A DNA stretch of 42,271 nucleotides from Sandaracinaceae bacterium (GCA_947483975.1 CANKOL010000004.1:1-42271), one strand, 5' to 3'. Counted from the first letter of the stretch, positions 29,690 to 42,149 are shown. Program-made: numbers and translations. The notes: a model not told the origin generated them from the sequence alone.

Positions 29690-30949
29690 TTACCAGACGA
29701 TGGCGGCGCCGGGGACCGTCTCGACGACGATCGCGCCTGCGAGCACGACGAGCGTCGCGAAGAGTCCGCCGAGTGTGTAGGCCAGCACCCGCGGGTCGTC
29801 GCCGGCGAAGAGCGCGAGGTCCGCGACTGCGCCGCTGGCGATGCGCCCTGCGTCCTTCAGCCCCGCGGCGCGCGCTGCCTCGCAGGTGACGGCGAGCACC
29901 GCCTCTTCGAGCGTGAGCCCCGCGTCGCGGGCGGCGAGCGCCGCGGCGAGCCCGAGGTCGGTCATCGGGCTCGTGCCCGGGTTGCAGTCGGTGCCGACGG
30001 CGATGCGGACACCGTGCGCGCGGAGGCGCGCGGCGTCGGGGGGCTGCTGTCGCAAGGTGCGCCAAGCGCCGGGCAGCAGCACCGCGACGGTGCCCGCGCG
30101 CGCGAGCGCGGCGAGTCCTTCGTCGCTGACGTCCTCGAGGTGGTCGGCCGAGAGCGCGCCGAACTCCGCGCAGAGCTGCGCGCCGCCGAGGTCGCGGAAC
30201 TGCCCGATGTGCGCGCGCACGGCGAGCCCGGCCGCGCGCGCCGCCTCGAACACGCGGCGGGTCTCGGCGAGCGTGAACGCGCCTTCGTCGCAATACACAT
30301 CGACCGCGTCGGCGAGCTGCTCTGCCGCTGCCCGCGGGATCATCGCCTCGCAGACCTCGCGCACATAGCCGTCGCGGTCATCGCGCCGCTCGGGCGGGAC
30401 GACGTGCGCGCCGAGCAGCGTCGTCGTCGTGCGCAGCACACGGTCTCGCGCGAGGCGGCGTCCGACGGCGAGCGAGCGCAGCTCGTCCACGGTCGTCAGC
30501 CCGTAGCCGCTCTTGACCTCGGCGCTCGTCGTGCCGCCTGCGCGCATCGCGCGAGCACGCGCAGAGGCGAGGGCGAAGAGGGTGTCGTCGCTGGCCGCGC
30601 GGGTCGCGCGCACCGTCGAGGCGATACCGCCGCCCGCGGCTGCGATCGACTGATAGCTCTCGCCCGCGAGCTTGCGCGAGAGGTCATCGACGCGACTCCC
30701 GGCGAACACGAGGTGCGTGTGCGGATCGACGAGCCCGGGTAACAGCACCTGGCCGCGCGCGTCGATCGTGCGCGTCGCGGTCTGCGCGAGCGCGCCAGCG
30801 TCGGCGTCGTCTCCGACCCACGCGATGCGCCCACCGTGCACCGCGACGGCGCCCCGATCGATGATCGCGAGCCGCTCGCTCGGCGTGCCGTTCGAGGGAC
30901 CCGCGCAGGTCACGACGCGCGCGCCGCGGAGGAGCAGGTCGACGTTCAT
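29690..30949 (-). CDS. hutI: Imidazolonepropionase
   Basis: PGLVDPHTHLVFAG, GGGIASTVRATR, EVKSGYG, LGAH, SADHLE, TDCNPGTSP. Start at ATG 30949. Confidence 0.95.
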   Translation of the reverse strand: MNVDLLLRGARVVTCAGPSNGTPSERLAIIDRGAVAVHGGRIAWVGDDADAGALAQTATRTIDARGQVLLPGLVDPHTHLVFAGSRVDDLSRKLAGESYQSIAAAGGGIASTVRATRAASDDTLFALASARARAMRAGGTTSAEVKSGYGLTTVDELRSLAVGRRLARDRVLRTTTTLLGAHVVPPERRDDRDGYVREVCEAMIPRAAAEQLADAVDVYCDEGAFTLAETRRVFEAARAAGLAVRAHIGQFRDLGGAQLCAEFGALSADHLEDVSDEGLAALARAGTVAVLLPGAWRTLRQQPPDAARLRAHGVRIAVGTDCNPGTSPMTDLGLAAALAARDAGLTLEEAVLAVTCEAARAAGLKDAGRIASGAVADLALFAGDDPRVLAYTLGGLFATLVVLAGAIVVETVPGAAIVW

Positions 30950-30954
30950 CGCCG

Positions 30955-32649
30955 TCAGCGCGCCTGATGCGGGACGTGCACGCCCTTGGCCGCCGCCGTC
31001 TCGCTGGCGAGCTCGTAGCCCGCGTCCGCGTGCCGGATGACGCCCATCCCTGGGTCGCCCGTGAGCACGCGCTCGAGGCGCTTGGCGGCAGCCTCGGTCC
31101 CATCCGCGACGATCACGACGCCCGCGTGGATCGAGTAGCCGATGCCGACGCCGCCGCCGTGATGGACGCTGACCCACGTCGCGCCGTTCGCGACGTTGAG
31201 CATCGCGTTCAAGATCGGCCAGTCGGCGATGGCGTCGGAGCCGTCCTTCATGCCCTCCGTCTCGCGGTTCGGGCTCGCGACGGAGCCGCAGTCGAGGTGA
31301 TCGCGCCCGATGACGATCGGCGCCTTCACCTTGCCGTCGCGTACGAGCTCGTTGAAGCGCAGGCCGGCCTTCGCGCGGTCGCCATAGCCGAGCCAGCAGA
31401 TGCGCGCGGGGAGGCCCTGATACGCGACTCGCTCCTGCGCCATGTCGATCCAGCGATGGAGCGCGTCGTCCTCGGGGAAGAGCTCCTTGATCGCCGCGTC
31501 GGTCACGCGGATATCCTCGGGATCGCCCGAGAGCGCGACCCAGCGGAACGGGCCTTTCCCTAGACAAAACAAGGGGCGCACGTACGCCGGCACGAAGCCG
31601 GGGATCTCGAACGCGCGCGTCTCGCCGGCGCGCTTCGCCTCCTCGCGGAGGTTGTTCCCGTAGTCGCACGCGAACGCCCCGCGCCGCACCATCTCGAGCA
31701 TCGCGGTCACCTCGAGCGCCATGCCCGCCCGTGAGCGGTGCACGTAGTCCTCCGGATCGCGCTCGCGCAGCTCACGCGCCGCGACGAGTGAGAGGCCCGG
31801 CGGCACATAGCCGTTCAGCGGGTCGTGCGCGCTCGTCTGCTCGGTGACGAAGTCGGGCGTGATGCCGCGCCGCACGAGCTCCGGGTACACCTGCGCCGCG
31901 TTGCCGACGAGCGCGACCGAGAGGGCGGTGCCCGCGCTGCATGCGTCGCGCACCCAGCCGAGCGCCTCGTCGAGCGAGTCGGTCAGCCGGTCGACGTAGC
32001 GCGTCTCGAGCCGGCGCTGCGCGCGCTGCGGATCGACCTCGACGCCGAGGAACGCCGCGCCAGCCATCGTCGCTGCGAGCGGCTGCGCGCCGCCCATGCC
32101 GCCGAGCCCAGCGGAGAGGATCCAGCGCCCCGCCCAGTTCTTCGGCCCCGCGACGCCATCGCTCGCAAAGTGCTGTCGCCCCGCCTCGACGAACGTCTCG
32201 TAGGTGCCCTGCAAGATCCCCTGCGTGCCGATGTAGATCCAAGAGCCCGCGGTCATCTGCCCGTACATCGTCAGGCCCGCCGCCTCGAGGCGCCGGAACT
32301 CGTCCCACGTCGCCCAGTGCGGGACGATCAGCGAATTCGCGAGCAGCACGCGCGGCGCGTCCGCGTGCGTGCGGAATTTGCCGACCGCCTTGCCCGACTG
32401 GATCAGCAGCGTCTCGTCGTCGCGCAGCTGCTCGAGCTCGCGCACGATCACGTCGAACGCCGCCCACGAGCGCGCCGCCTTGCCGGTGCCACCGTAGACG
32501 ACGAGGTCGTCGGGGCGCTCGGCGACCTCGGGGTCGAGGTTGTTCATCAGCATCCGGAGCGCAGCCTCTTGCTGCCAGCCGAGGCAGCGAAGCTCTGTGC
32601 CGCGGGCGGCGCGGACGGGACGGGCACCTACGGTCGTCGGTTCGGTCAT
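30955..32649 (-). CDS. hutU: Urocanate hydratase
   Basis: [65 protein letters not shown]. Confidence 0.97.
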   Translation of the reverse strand: MTEPTTVGARPVRAARGTELRCLGWQQEAALRMLMNNLDPEVAERPDDLVVYGGTGKAARSWAAFDVIVRELEQLRDDETLLIQSGKAVGKFRTHADAPRVLLANSLIVPHWATWDEFRRLEAAGLTMYGQMTAGSWIYIGTQGILQGTYETFVEAGRQHFASDGVAGPKNWAGRWILSAGLGGMGGAQPLAATMAGAAFLGVEVDPQRAQRRLETRYVDRLTDSLDEALGWVRDACSAGTALSVALVGNAAQVYPELVRRGITPDFVTEQTSAHDPLNGYVPPGLSLVAARELRERDPEDYVHRSRAGMALEVTAMLEMVRRGAFACDYGNNLREEAKRAGETRAFEIPGFVPAYVRPLFCLGKGPFRWVALSGDPEDIRVTDAAIKELFPEDDALHRWIDMAQERVAYQGLPARICWLGYGDRAKAGLRFNELVRDGKVKAPIVIGRDHLDCGSVASPNRETEGMKDGSDAIADWPILNAMLNVANGATWVSVHHGGGVGIGYSIHAGVVIVADGTEAAAKRLERVLTGDPGMGVIRHADAGYELASETAAAKGVHVPHQAR

Positions 32650-32746
32650 GGCGCGCTGGAATAGCATCCGGGGGCGCAGAGGCGACGACGCATCGCGTCG
32701 AGCCTGAATCAAGGGCCGCCCCGGCTCGTCCGAGCCCACACCGGGG

Positions 32747-32775
32747 TTGACGTGCGCTGCACGGCTCGCCACGCT
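32747..32775 (+). promoter_or_regulatory. Candidate sigma70 promoter for the IPT/TIG gene
   Basis: TTGACG, 17 nt, CACGCT. Confidence 0.4.
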
Positions 32776-32797
32776 CGGCCCGCGCCTCCACTAACGC

Positions 32798-34966
32798 ATG
32801 GGATTCCCAATGACGAAGACTCTGCTCAGGACGTCCCTCGCCGCACTCGCGGCCATGTTCTCCCTCGCCGCGCTGCTCTCGCCCGCGCTCGCCTCCGCCC
32901 AGTCGCTGCCCGTGATCGAGCGCATCGAACCGACCGCGGGCCCGGTCGGCACCTCGGTGACGCTCGTCGGTCGCGCGATGACCGACGTCGTGGGCGGGCA
33001 ACCGACCCAGATCTTCCTCGGCGCGCTGCCGTGCGTCATCACCGAGCGGACGCCGAACCGTTGGTCGTTCACGATCCCGGCGAACGCCGTCACGGGCTCC
33101 ATTTCCGTGCGAACCGCGATCGGCACCTCGACCTCGAACCCGCTCTTCCGCGTGACCGCTGCGCCCGCCGCGCCGATCATCGAGCGCCTCGAGCCCGCCG
33201 CCGGCGCGCCGGGGCTCGAGGTCGTGTTGCGCGGTCAAAACTTCTCGCCGCGGGTCACGGACAACGTCGTGACGCTCGCCGACCGGCCGGTCGTGGTCCG
33301 CACCGCGACGCCCTTCGACCTGCGCGTCACCATCCCCGACGGCGCCGTCACGGGCGTGTTCAAGGTGCGCGTCGGCGCCGCGGGCGAGGCGACCAGCCCC
33401 GTGCCCTTCACGGTGATGGTCGGCACCGGCGTCGCGGACTTCCAGCCGCGCCTCGGGCCGCCGACGACGCGCGTCGTCATCACGGGAACGGGCTTTTCTC
33501 CCACGAATTCGCAGAATCGCGTCTTCCTCAACAACCTCCCGGTGCGGGTCGAGCACTCGACCCCGACGCAGCTGAACGTGGTCATCCCGGCGAACGCGGC
33601 GACGGGGCCTTTGCTCGTCGACGTTCGCAACGGCGGTCGCACGCAGACGCCCGCTCCCTTCGTCATTCAGTACCCGCCGACCATCACCTCGATCGCGCCG
33701 CTCGCGGCGCCACCCGGCCGGCAGATCACGCTGAACGGCACGAACTTCGGCACGGATGTGCGCGCGGTCGACGTGCGCTTCGTCTCGCCGGCGGTGGGCG
33801 CGACCCCCGCCATCGCGCAGCCCGCGCTCGTCCGTGCGGTGACGCCGACGGCGCTCACCATCGAAGTTCCCGCGGGCCCCTGGCTGCGCGGCCGCTTCAC
33901 CGTCAACGTCGCGGGCCTCGGCCCGGCGCAGTCGACTGACGAGTTCACGCGCCTCGCGCAGGTCACCGTCGCCGACTTCCAGCCCCGCTCGGGTCCCGTC
34001 GGGACGCTCGTCCGCCTCACGGGCGCGGGCTTCTCGATGACCCCCGCCGACAACCTCGTCACGCTCCAGGGCACGCGCTGTGAGGTGACCGCCGTCAGCG
34101 CGACGGAGCTCACGGCGCGCGTACCCATGGCCGCGCAGAGCGGGCTCTTCGAGGTGAACGTGGCCAACAACGGCAGCGCCCGCGCGGTCGCCGCCTTCAT
34201 CGTCACGCGGCCTCCGACGATCGTCGGCTTCTCGCCCGCCCGCCTCACCGTCACGCAGGACGTGACGGTGAACGGCACCGGCTTCGGCACGACGCCCTCG
34301 CTCGTCGAGGTGAGCGTCAACGGTCGCCCGCTGCAGCTGCTCACGCTGAGCGACACGCAGCTCACCGCCAAGGTGCCCGTCGGCGTCGCGAGCGGTCGCA
34401 TCACGGTGCTCGTGCGGATGCAGGGCACCGCGCTCGCCGCGACGGACCTCACCATCGACCCGCTGCTCAACATCGCGTCGTTCACCCCGCAGACGGGCTT
34501 CCCCGGCACGCCGGTCCTGATCCGCGGCGATGGCTTCCTGCCGGGGAGCGTCATCCTCTTCAACGGCACCGCGGCGACGCCCACGGCGTTCTCGCCGACG
34601 TCGATCACCGTCGCCGTCCCGGCGGGGGCGACGACCGGCGCCATCAGCCTCCGCACGGCCGACGGCCGAATCATCCCGGCGGTCGGCACGTTCACGGTGA
34701 CCGCGCCTCCGAGCGGCGTCGGCGTCACGGGCATCGAGCCTGTGTGCACGCGCCCCGGCTGCACGGTCATCCTCCGCGGCTACGGCTTCTCGGCCCGCAA
34801 CAACCAGAACCGCGTGTTCTTCGGCACTTTCCCGGCGCGCGTGATGGCCTCCACCCCGACCGCGCTCACCGTCGCGCTGCCCGCGCAGCCCGGCACCAAC
34901 CCGTTCAAGGTCGATGTTCGCAACGTCGGCATCGGCAACAGCGCGCCGTTCACCGTCACGCCGTAG
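32798..34966 (+). CDS. Secreted protein of eight tandem IPT/TIG domains
   Basis: Signal peptide ending ASA-Q; eight P-x-I-xx-(F/I)-x-P-xx-G-xx-G-xx-V-x-(I/L)-x-G-x-(G/N)-F-type repeats. Alternative start at 32810. Confidence 0.85.
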   Translation: MGFPMTKTLLRTSLAALAAMFSLAALLSPALASAQSLPVIERIEPTAGPVGTSVTLVGRAMTDVVGGQPTQIFLGALPCVITERTPNRWSFTIPANAVTGSISVRTAIGTSTSNPLFRVTAAPAAPIIERLEPAAGAPGLEVVLRGQNFSPRVTDNVVTLADRPVVVRTATPFDLRVTIPDGAVTGVFKVRVGAAGEATSPVPFTVMVGTGVADFQPRLGPPTTRVVITGTGFSPTNSQNRVFLNNLPVRVEHSTPTQLNVVIPANAATGPLLVDVRNGGRTQTPAPFVIQYPPTITSIAPLAAPPGRQITLNGTNFGTDVRAVDVRFVSPAVGATPAIAQPALVRAVTPTALTIEVPAGPWLRGRFTVNVAGLGPAQSTDEFTRLAQVTVADFQPRSGPVGTLVRLTGAGFSMTPADNLVTLQGTRCEVTAVSATELTARVPMAAQSGLFEVNVANNGSARAVAAFIVTRPPTIVGFSPARLTVTQDVTVNGTGFGTTPSLVEVSVNGRPLQLLTLSDTQLTAKVPVGVASGRITVLVRMQGTALAATDLTIDPLLNIASFTPQTGFPGTPVLIRGDGFLPGSVILFNGTAATPTAFSPTSITVAVPAGATTGAISLRTADGRIIPAVGTFTVTAPPSGVGVTGIEPVCTRPGCTVILRGYGFSARNNQNRVFFGTFPARVMASTPTALTVALPAQPGTNPFKVDVRNVGIGNSAPFTVTP

Positions 34967-34973
34967 TCGGACC

Positions 34974-35003
34974 GAGCCCTCCTGCTCTTCAGCGGGAGGG
35001 CTC
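34974..35003. terminator. Hairpin between convergent genes (possible bidirectional terminator)
   Basis: GAGCCCTCCTGCT-CTTC-AGCGGGAGGGCTC, 13-bp stem with one G-U pair. Confidence 0.6.
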
Positions 35004-35011
35004 TGCGCCGC

Positions 35012-35545
35012 TCACTTGAAGGGCGGGCTCTGCATCGCGAGCACCTTGTCGCCCACGACCGCGTACTTGGCCCACTCTCCGTCCTTGGCCTTGAGGCCGA
35101 TGATGATCGGGTAGACCGCCGCGAGCAGCACGAGGATCGCGTTGAACGGATAGAGCAGCCAGCCGACGAGGCAGATGTTGCCGATCGCGCCCGCGACGTA
35201 GAGCACGATGTTGATCAGGTAGAGACCGCCCTGGAAGAGCACCGACTGGTTGATGTGGAACATCAGGAACGGGTGCTTGGTCTTCGTCATCCCGAGCGGG
35301 ATCAGCGCCCCGGCGAACGGGAAGATGAACCCGCAGCAAAAGAGATTGAGCAGCGCGCAGAACAGATGCGCGAAGAACGCGTGCTGCTTGTCCTCCTCGC
35401 TCGGCGGGGGCCACCGCGCGGCGGCCTGCGCGAAGTAGCCCGGCGGTGCGCTGCCGGGCGCGCCCGGTTGCCCGCCCTGCTGGTCGGCCCACTGTTGCTG
35501 CTGCGGTGCCCCTTGCGGCGGCTGTCCCCATCCCTGTTGGTCCAT
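35012..35545 (-). CDS. DUF4870-like membrane protein with Q/P-rich N-terminus
   Basis: EDKQHAFFAHL, PFLMFHINQSV.FQ, IIGLKAKDGEWAKY; three TM segments. Confidence 0.75.
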   Translation of the reverse strand: MDQQGWGQPPQGAPQQQQWADQQGGQPGAPGSAPPGYFAQAAARWPPPSEEDKQHAFFAHLFCALLNLFCCGFIFPFAGALIPLGMTKTKHPFLMFHINQSVLFQGGLYLINIVLYVAGAIGNICLVGWLLYPFNAILVLLAAVYPIIIGLKAKDGEWAKYAVVGDKVLAMQSPPFK

Positions 35546-35559
35546 GGCGCAGACGCTAG

Positions 35560-37125
<1,566 letters not shown>

Positions 37126-38673
37126 ATGTCTGCACGGCAGCTCGTCCTCATCCTCGACTACGGCTCTCAGTACACGCAGCTGATCGCGCGGCGCATCCGC
37201 GAGGAGCACGTCTACTGCGAGATTCACCCCTGCACGCTGCCGCTCGCTCAGATTCGCGCGCTCGCGCCGCGCGCCATCGTGCTCTCGGGCGGTCCCTCGA
37301 GCGTCTACGGTGACGGGGCGCCGACGAGCGATCCCGAGCTGTTCTCGCTCGGGATTCCCGTGCTCGGCATCTGCTACGGGATGCAGCTGATGTGTCATCT
37401 GCTCGGCGGCAAAGTGTCGCGCGCAGACCACCGCGAGTACGGCGCCGCCAAGGTCCGCGTCGAGCGCGCGCAAGGCGTGCTCGCGTCGTTCACGGCGGGG
37501 GAAGACGTCGACGTTTGGATGAGCCACGGCGACAGCGTCGAGGCGATTCCTCCCGGTTTCGAGGTGCTCGCGACGACCGAGAGCACGCCGTTCGCGGCCA
37601 TCGGGAACGACGAGCGCAGGCTCTTCGGCGTGCAGTTTCACCCCGAGGTGGTGCACACGCCGCGCGGCACGGAGCTGCTGTCGGCGTTCCTCTTCGCGGT
37701 CGCAAAGTGTGAGCCTTCGTGGACGCCCGGCTCCTTCGTCGACGAGTCGATCGCCAAGATTCGTGGGCAGATCGGCGACGCCTCGGCGGTCTGTGGGCTC
37801 TCGGGCGGGGTCGACTCGTCCGTCGCGGCGATGCTCGTCTCGAAGGCGATCGGCGACCGCCTGACCTGCATCTTCGTCGACAACGGCGTGCTCCGGAAGA
37901 ACGAGTCCGCCGAGGTCGTGCGGATGTTCCGCGATCACTTCCACCTCAACCTGATCCACGTCGACGCGGCCAAGCGCTTCCTCGACGCGCTCGCCGGCAT
38001 CACGGACCCCGAGCAGAAGCGCAAGATCATCGGGCGCGTCTTCATCGAGGTCTTCGACGACGAGGCCAAGAAGCTCACCGATGTGCAGCACCTCGTGCAG
38101 GGCACGCTGTATCCCGACGTGATCGAGAGCGTCTCGTTCAAGGGACCGAGCGCCGTCATCAAGAGCCACCACAACGTGGGCGGCTTGCCCGACCACATGA
38201 AGCTCAAGCTCGTCGAGCCGCTGCGCGAGCTCTTCAAGGACGAGGTGCGTGAGGTCGGTGAGGCGCTCGGGATGCCGCACCATGTGCTGTGGCGGCAGCC
38301 GTTCCCGGGGCCGGGGCTCGCGATTCGTTGCATCGGCGAGGTCACGGAGGAGCGCCTGCAGATCCTCCGCGAGGCCGACGCGATCCTCGACACGGAGATC
38401 CGCGCGGCGGGCCTCTACGAGAGCGTCTGGCAGAGCTTCTGCGTCATCTTGCCGGTGCGCACCGTCGGCGTGATGGGCGACGAGCGCACCTACGACTCCG
38501 TGGTCGCGATCCGCGCGGTGCAGTCGCGCGACGGCATGACGGCGGACTGGGCCAAGCTGCCGTACGAGCTGCTCGGCAAGGTGAGCGCGCGGATCATCAA
38601 CGAGGTCCGCGGCTGCAACCGCGTCGTGTACGACATCTCGTCGAAGCCACCGGCGACCATCGAGTGGGAGTGA
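37126..38673 (+). CDS. guaA: GMP synthase (glutamine-hydrolysing)
   Basis: [58 protein letters not shown]. Confidence 0.98.
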   Translation: MSARQLVLILDYGSQYTQLIARRIREEHVYCEIHPCTLPLAQIRALAPRAIVLSGGPSSVYGDGAPTSDPELFSLGIPVLGICYGMQLMCHLLGGKVSRADHREYGAAKVRVERAQGVLASFTAGEDVDVWMSHGDSVEAIPPGFEVLATTESTPFAAIGNDERRLFGVQFHPEVVHTPRGTELLSAFLFAVAKCEPSWTPGSFVDESIAKIRGQIGDASAVCGLSGGVDSSVAAMLVSKAIGDRLTCIFVDNGVLRKNESAEVVRMFRDHFHLNLIHVDAAKRFLDALAGITDPEQKRKIIGRVFIEVFDDEAKKLTDVQHLVQGTLYPDVIESVSFKGPSAVIKSHHNVGGLPDHMKLKLVEPLRELFKDEVREVGEALGMPHHVLWRQPFPGPGLAIRCIGEVTEERLQILREADAILDTEIRAAGLYESVWQSFCVILPVRTVGVMGDERTYDSVVAIRAVQSRDGMTADWAKLPYELLGKVSARIINEVRGCNRVVYDISSKPPATIEWE

Positions 38674-38978
38674 TGCGCGGCGTCGCTCGGGCCGCGGCGC
38701 TCGGGGCGCTGATGCTGCTGAGCGCCTGCGGCGGCGCAGCGGTCCGCGTCGAGCCTGCGCGGCTGCGCGTCATCGCGGTGCCCGACACCGCGGCGGTTTA
38801 CGTGGACGAGCGCTTCGCCGGGAGCGCGCGGCTCCTCGCGGTGCGGCCGGTGGCGTTCCCGCCGAGCACGCGCCACGTGACCGTGCAGGCGGACGGCTAC
38901 TTCCCGCACGACCTCGAGGTCGTGCTGCGCCCGGGCCTCACGACCGTCCGTGTCGCGCTGCGCGCAGTGCCCCCCTGA
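38673..38978 (+). CDS. Small PEGA-like lipoprotein
   Basis: Lipobox LSAC; P..A.VYVD...G..., H.V.V..DGY PEGA pattern; TGATG overlap with guaA. Confidence 0.7.
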   Translation: MRGVARAAALGALMLLSACGGAAVRVEPARLRVIAVPDTAAVYVDERFAGSARLLAVRPVAFPPSTRHVTVQADGYFPHDLEVVLRPGLTTVRVALRAVPP

Positions 38979-38993
38979 CGCGGCGCCAGCGAC

Positions 38994-39725
38994 TCACTCG
39001 CCGTTGACGAGCTTCTCGGGCGCGATGCCGGCGACGAACTGCGCGACGGCGGCGTCGAGCTCCGCGACGTCCTTCGCGTCGAAGGTGAGCTTCGTGCGGC
39101 AGCGCGGGTTCTTCCACTGCGGGTAGCTGCCGACCGCGACGGTCGGGTGCGCCGCGACGACGGTCTCGAGCAGCGTCGCGATGTCGGCCTCGTCGTGCAG
39201 CGTGAACACCGCGCGCGTCGTGAAGCCCGCGCCATCGCGCAGGCGGTCGTGCAAAAGCGGGAATTTCATCCGAACGAGCTCCGGCACGCCCGGAAACACG
39301 AAGACATTCTCCAGATTGACCGTGGGCCACGGGAAGTCCGGCGTGCTGAGCAGCGTCGCGTCCTCGGGCACGTCCGCCATACGCAGATGGTCGTCGCTCA
39401 CGCGCTCCGCGTAGTGCGCGCGCAGCATCGCCGCCATCGTCTCGTCGCGCACGACCCGTCGACCAAACGCGAGCGCCACGGCGGCGATCGTGACGTCGTC
39501 GTGCGTCGGTCCGACGCCGCCCGTCGTGAACACGAAATCATGCGCCGCGCGGAGCGCGTTGAGGTCGCGCGCGATGAGCTCGACCTCGTCCGGGCAGACG
39601 ATCACCCGCCGCAGCGAGACCCCGAGCGCGAAGAGCTCCCGCGCGATGAAGGCGACGTTCAGATCTTGGATCTTGCCCGTCAGGATCTCGTTCCCGATGA
39701 CGAGCACGGCCGCCGTCTTTGGCAT
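38994..39725 (-). CDS. CinA-like / molybdopterin-binding (MoCF biosynthesis family) protein
   Basis: IGNEILTGKIQDLN, TTGGVGPTHDDVT, FPGVP, GSYP. Confidence 0.85.
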   Translation of the reverse strand: MPKTAAVLVIGNEILTGKIQDLNVAFIARELFALGVSLRRVIVCPDEVELIARDLNALRAAHDFVFTTGGVGPTHDDVTIAAVALAFGRRVVRDETMAAMLRAHYAERVSDDHLRMADVPEDATLLSTPDFPWPTVNLENVFVFPGVPELVRMKFPLLHDRLRDGAGFTTRAVFTLHDEADIATLLETVVAAHPTVAVGSYPQWKNPRCRTKLTFDAKDVAELDAAVAQFVAGIAPEKLVNGE

Positions 39726-39769
39726 GGGCGCAGCTTAACATGGCGCAGGGCGCGCTATGCTTGCGCCCC

Positions 39770-40657
39770 ATGTTCCTACCCTCGCTCCGCCTTCGTTCGT
39801 CCGCGCTCGTCTCGCTCGCGCTCCTCGCCGCGCTGGGCGCCGCGTGTACCCATCGCCCCTCCGCGACGACGGGCCGCGGCGGGGCAGCCGCCCGTAAAAA
39901 CACGCCGGGCGCACCGAGCGAGCGGACCGCCACCGCGGTCTCGAGCAGCGCCGTCGCGCCGCCTCCCGTCGTCGCGTCGAGCCCGGCGGTCACCGTGACC
40001 TTCCCGACGGACGACAGCGTGACGATCTCGGCATCGCTGCGAGTCGGGCGTCCGGGCAACACACCGGTCGTCCTCGTGCACCAGCTTGGCAGCACGCGGG
40101 CCGAGTGGGAGCCGCTCGTCGCGAAGCTCGCGGCTGCGGGCTCGACGACTCTCGCGATCGACCTGCGCGGGCATGGCGAGAGCACCGCCGGCGCCGGGAC
40201 GAACACGCGCACCTACGCGTACGACTCCTTCAGCGACGCGGATTGGCGCGCCACGCAGAAGGACGTGCAGGCAGCGATCGCGTTCCTCGCGAGCCGCGAG
40301 GACCTCTGGCCGGGGCACGTCGTCCTGGTCGGCTCGAGCATCGGCGGGACGGCGTGCATCGCGGCCGCTGCCGAGGACCCGCGTGTCGTGCGCTTGGTCG
40401 TCCTCTCGCCGGGCCGCGCCTATCACGGCTTCGACGCGATTCTCCCGGCGTCGCGCCTCGGAGGGCGCGACGTGCTCGTGCTCCATGCGGCCGACGAGGC
40501 GCCCTCGACCGAGACCGCCAGCGTCCTCGACCGCATCGTGACGAACTCCACGGTGCGCGCGGTCCCGGGGAGCGCGCACGGCGTCGCCATGTTCCAGGAC
40601 GACCCGTCGCAGCTCGACGCCGTCGCCGAGTTCATCGACGGGGCGCAGCCGCAGTAG
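39770..40657 (+). CDS. Alpha/beta hydrolase, probable lipoprotein
   Basis: GAAC lipobox-like; VLVHQLG; DLRGHGES; GSSIGG; SAHG. Confidence 0.8.
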   Translation: MFLPSLRLRSSALVSLALLAALGAACTHRPSATTGRGGAAARKNTPGAPSERTATAVSSSAVAPPPVVASSPAVTVTFPTDDSVTISASLRVGRPGNTPVVLVHQLGSTRAEWEPLVAKLAAAGSTTLAIDLRGHGESTAGAGTNTRTYAYDSFSDADWRATQKDVQAAIAFLASREDLWPGHVVLVGSSIGGTACIAAAAEDPRVVRLVVLSPGRAYHGFDAILPASRLGGRDVLVLHAADEAPSTETASVLDRIVTNSTVRAVPGSAHGVAMFQDDPSQLDAVAEFIDGAQPQ

Positions 40658-40662
40658 TCGCC

Positions 40663-41397
40663 TCAGGCGCGCGCGCGGGAACGGCTCGCGTGATGGATGG
40701 CGATGCCGGCCGCGACGCTCGCGTTGAGCGACGCGATGGGCCCCGTCATGGTGATGCTCGCGATCGCGGTGCAGCGCTCGCGCGTGAGGCGGCGCAGCCC
40801 GCGTCCCTCGCTGCCGACGACGAGCACCATTCCGCCCGGCCCGACCTCGAGATCCTCGATGCGTAGGTCGCCGCCCATGTCGAGGCCGACGATGTCCATG
40901 CCGCGCTCGGCGAGCACATCGAGCGTCTGCGCGAGATTCGTCACCCGCGCGACCTGGGCGTGCTCGGTGGCCCCCGCCGAAGCGCGCACGACCACTGGAG
41001 TGACCGGCGCCGCGCGGTGCTTGAGCGTGAGGATGCCGTCCGCGCCGAAGGCCACCGCGCTGCGCACGATGGCCCCGAAATTGTGCGGATCCGTGACCTC
41101 GTCGAGGGCGACCAAGAGCGGACGATCCGCGGGGATCTTGCGCAGCAGCGTATCGAGATCGAGGTACGAGAACTCGCCCGTGATGGCGACCGCGCCCTGA
41201 TGTCGGAGCCCGGTCGCGAGCGCATCGAGCTCCGCCCCGTCGCGCTCCTCGACGCGCACATCGCGCCTGCGCGCCTCGTCGTCGATCTCGCGCATCGCGG
41301 CCTTGTCGGCGGAGTCGAGATAGATGACCGCGATGTTCTGCGGGCTCGCGCGGAGGGCCTCGAGCACGGGACGACGACCGACGAGGAGACGCTTCAC
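40663..41397 (-). CDS. rlmB: 23S rRNA (Gm2251) methyltransferase, SpoU/TrmH family
   Basis: HQG, LDEVTDPHNFGAIVRSA, SAGA, GSEGRGL, SLNASVAAGI. Confidence 0.9.
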   Translation of the reverse strand: MKRLLVGRRPVLEALRASPQNIAVIYLDSADKAAMREIDDEARRRDVRVEERDGAELDALATGLRHQGAVAITGEFSYLDLDTLLRKIPADRPLLVALDEVTDPHNFGAIVRSAVAFGADGILTLKHRAAPVTPVVVRASAGATEHAQVARVTNLAQTLDVLAERGMDIVGLDMGGDLRIEDLEVGPGGMVLVVGSEGRGLRRLTRERCTAIASITMTGPIASLNASVAAGIAIHHASRSRARA

Positions 41398-42149
41398 GGT
41401 TCACCCAAAGCTGCTGCGATCTCAGCCACAATCGCTCGAGCCGCAGCGCGCGGGTCGGCTGCATCACGAATCGGGCGCCCGACGACGAGGTAGTCTGCGC
41501 CCCCGCGAATCGCCTCGCCGGGTGTCGCCACGCGCTTCTGATCGTTCAGCGCCGCGCCCGCCGGACGCACGCCGGGGACGACGAGCAGCGGTCCGTGGCC
41601 CGGCGCCGAGGTGCCGAGCGCGGCGCGCAGCCGCCCACACTCCTGCGGCGAGCAGACGAGCCCCGGGACCCCTGCACTCACCGCCAGCCTCGCGAGGCGC
41701 ACGACCGCCAACTCCGTCGGCCCAGCGAGCCCGAGCTCCGCGATATCCGCGTCCTCCAGGCTCGTCAGCACCGTGACGGCGAGCAGCGTCGTCTCCGTGC
41801 CCGCGGCCGCCGCGGCAGCGCGGGCGAGGGCCCGTGAGCCGTTCGCCGCGTGCACCGTCAGCAGCCGGACGCCCATCGCAGCGGCCGTCGCGACGCTCCG
41901 CGCGACGGTCTCACCGATGTCGTGCAGCTTCAGGTCGAGGAAGCACTTGGCCCCCGCGTCGTGCACCAGCCGAACGGCATCGGGCCCGACGCTCGTGAAG
42001 AGCTCGAGCCCGACTTTGAACACGCCGACCTCGTCGCGGAGGAGCGCGACGTGCCTGCGCGCCTCCGTGAGTGAGTCGACGTCGAGCGGAAAGATCAGTC
42101 GGTCACGCGCCGAGAGCGCGACCGACGACGGGACCGTGACGACCGTCAA
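41394..42149 (-). CDS. pyrF: Orotidine-5'-phosphate decarboxylase
   Basis: FKVGLEL, FLDLKLHDIGET, TVHA, AVTVLTS, VVPGVR, DQKR, VVGRPI. Confidence 0.96.
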   Translation of the reverse strand: MTVVTVPSSVALSARDRLIFPLDVDSLTEARRHVALLRDEVGVFKVGLELFTSVGPDAVRLVHDAGAKCFLDLKLHDIGETVARSVATAAAMGVRLLTVHAANGSRALARAAAAAAGTETTLLAVTVLTSLEDADIAELGLAGPTELAVVRLARLAVSAGVPGLVCSPQECGRLRAALGTSAPGHGPLLVVPGVRPAGAALNDQKRVATPGEAIRGGADYLVVGRPIRDAADPRAAARAIVAEIAAALGEP

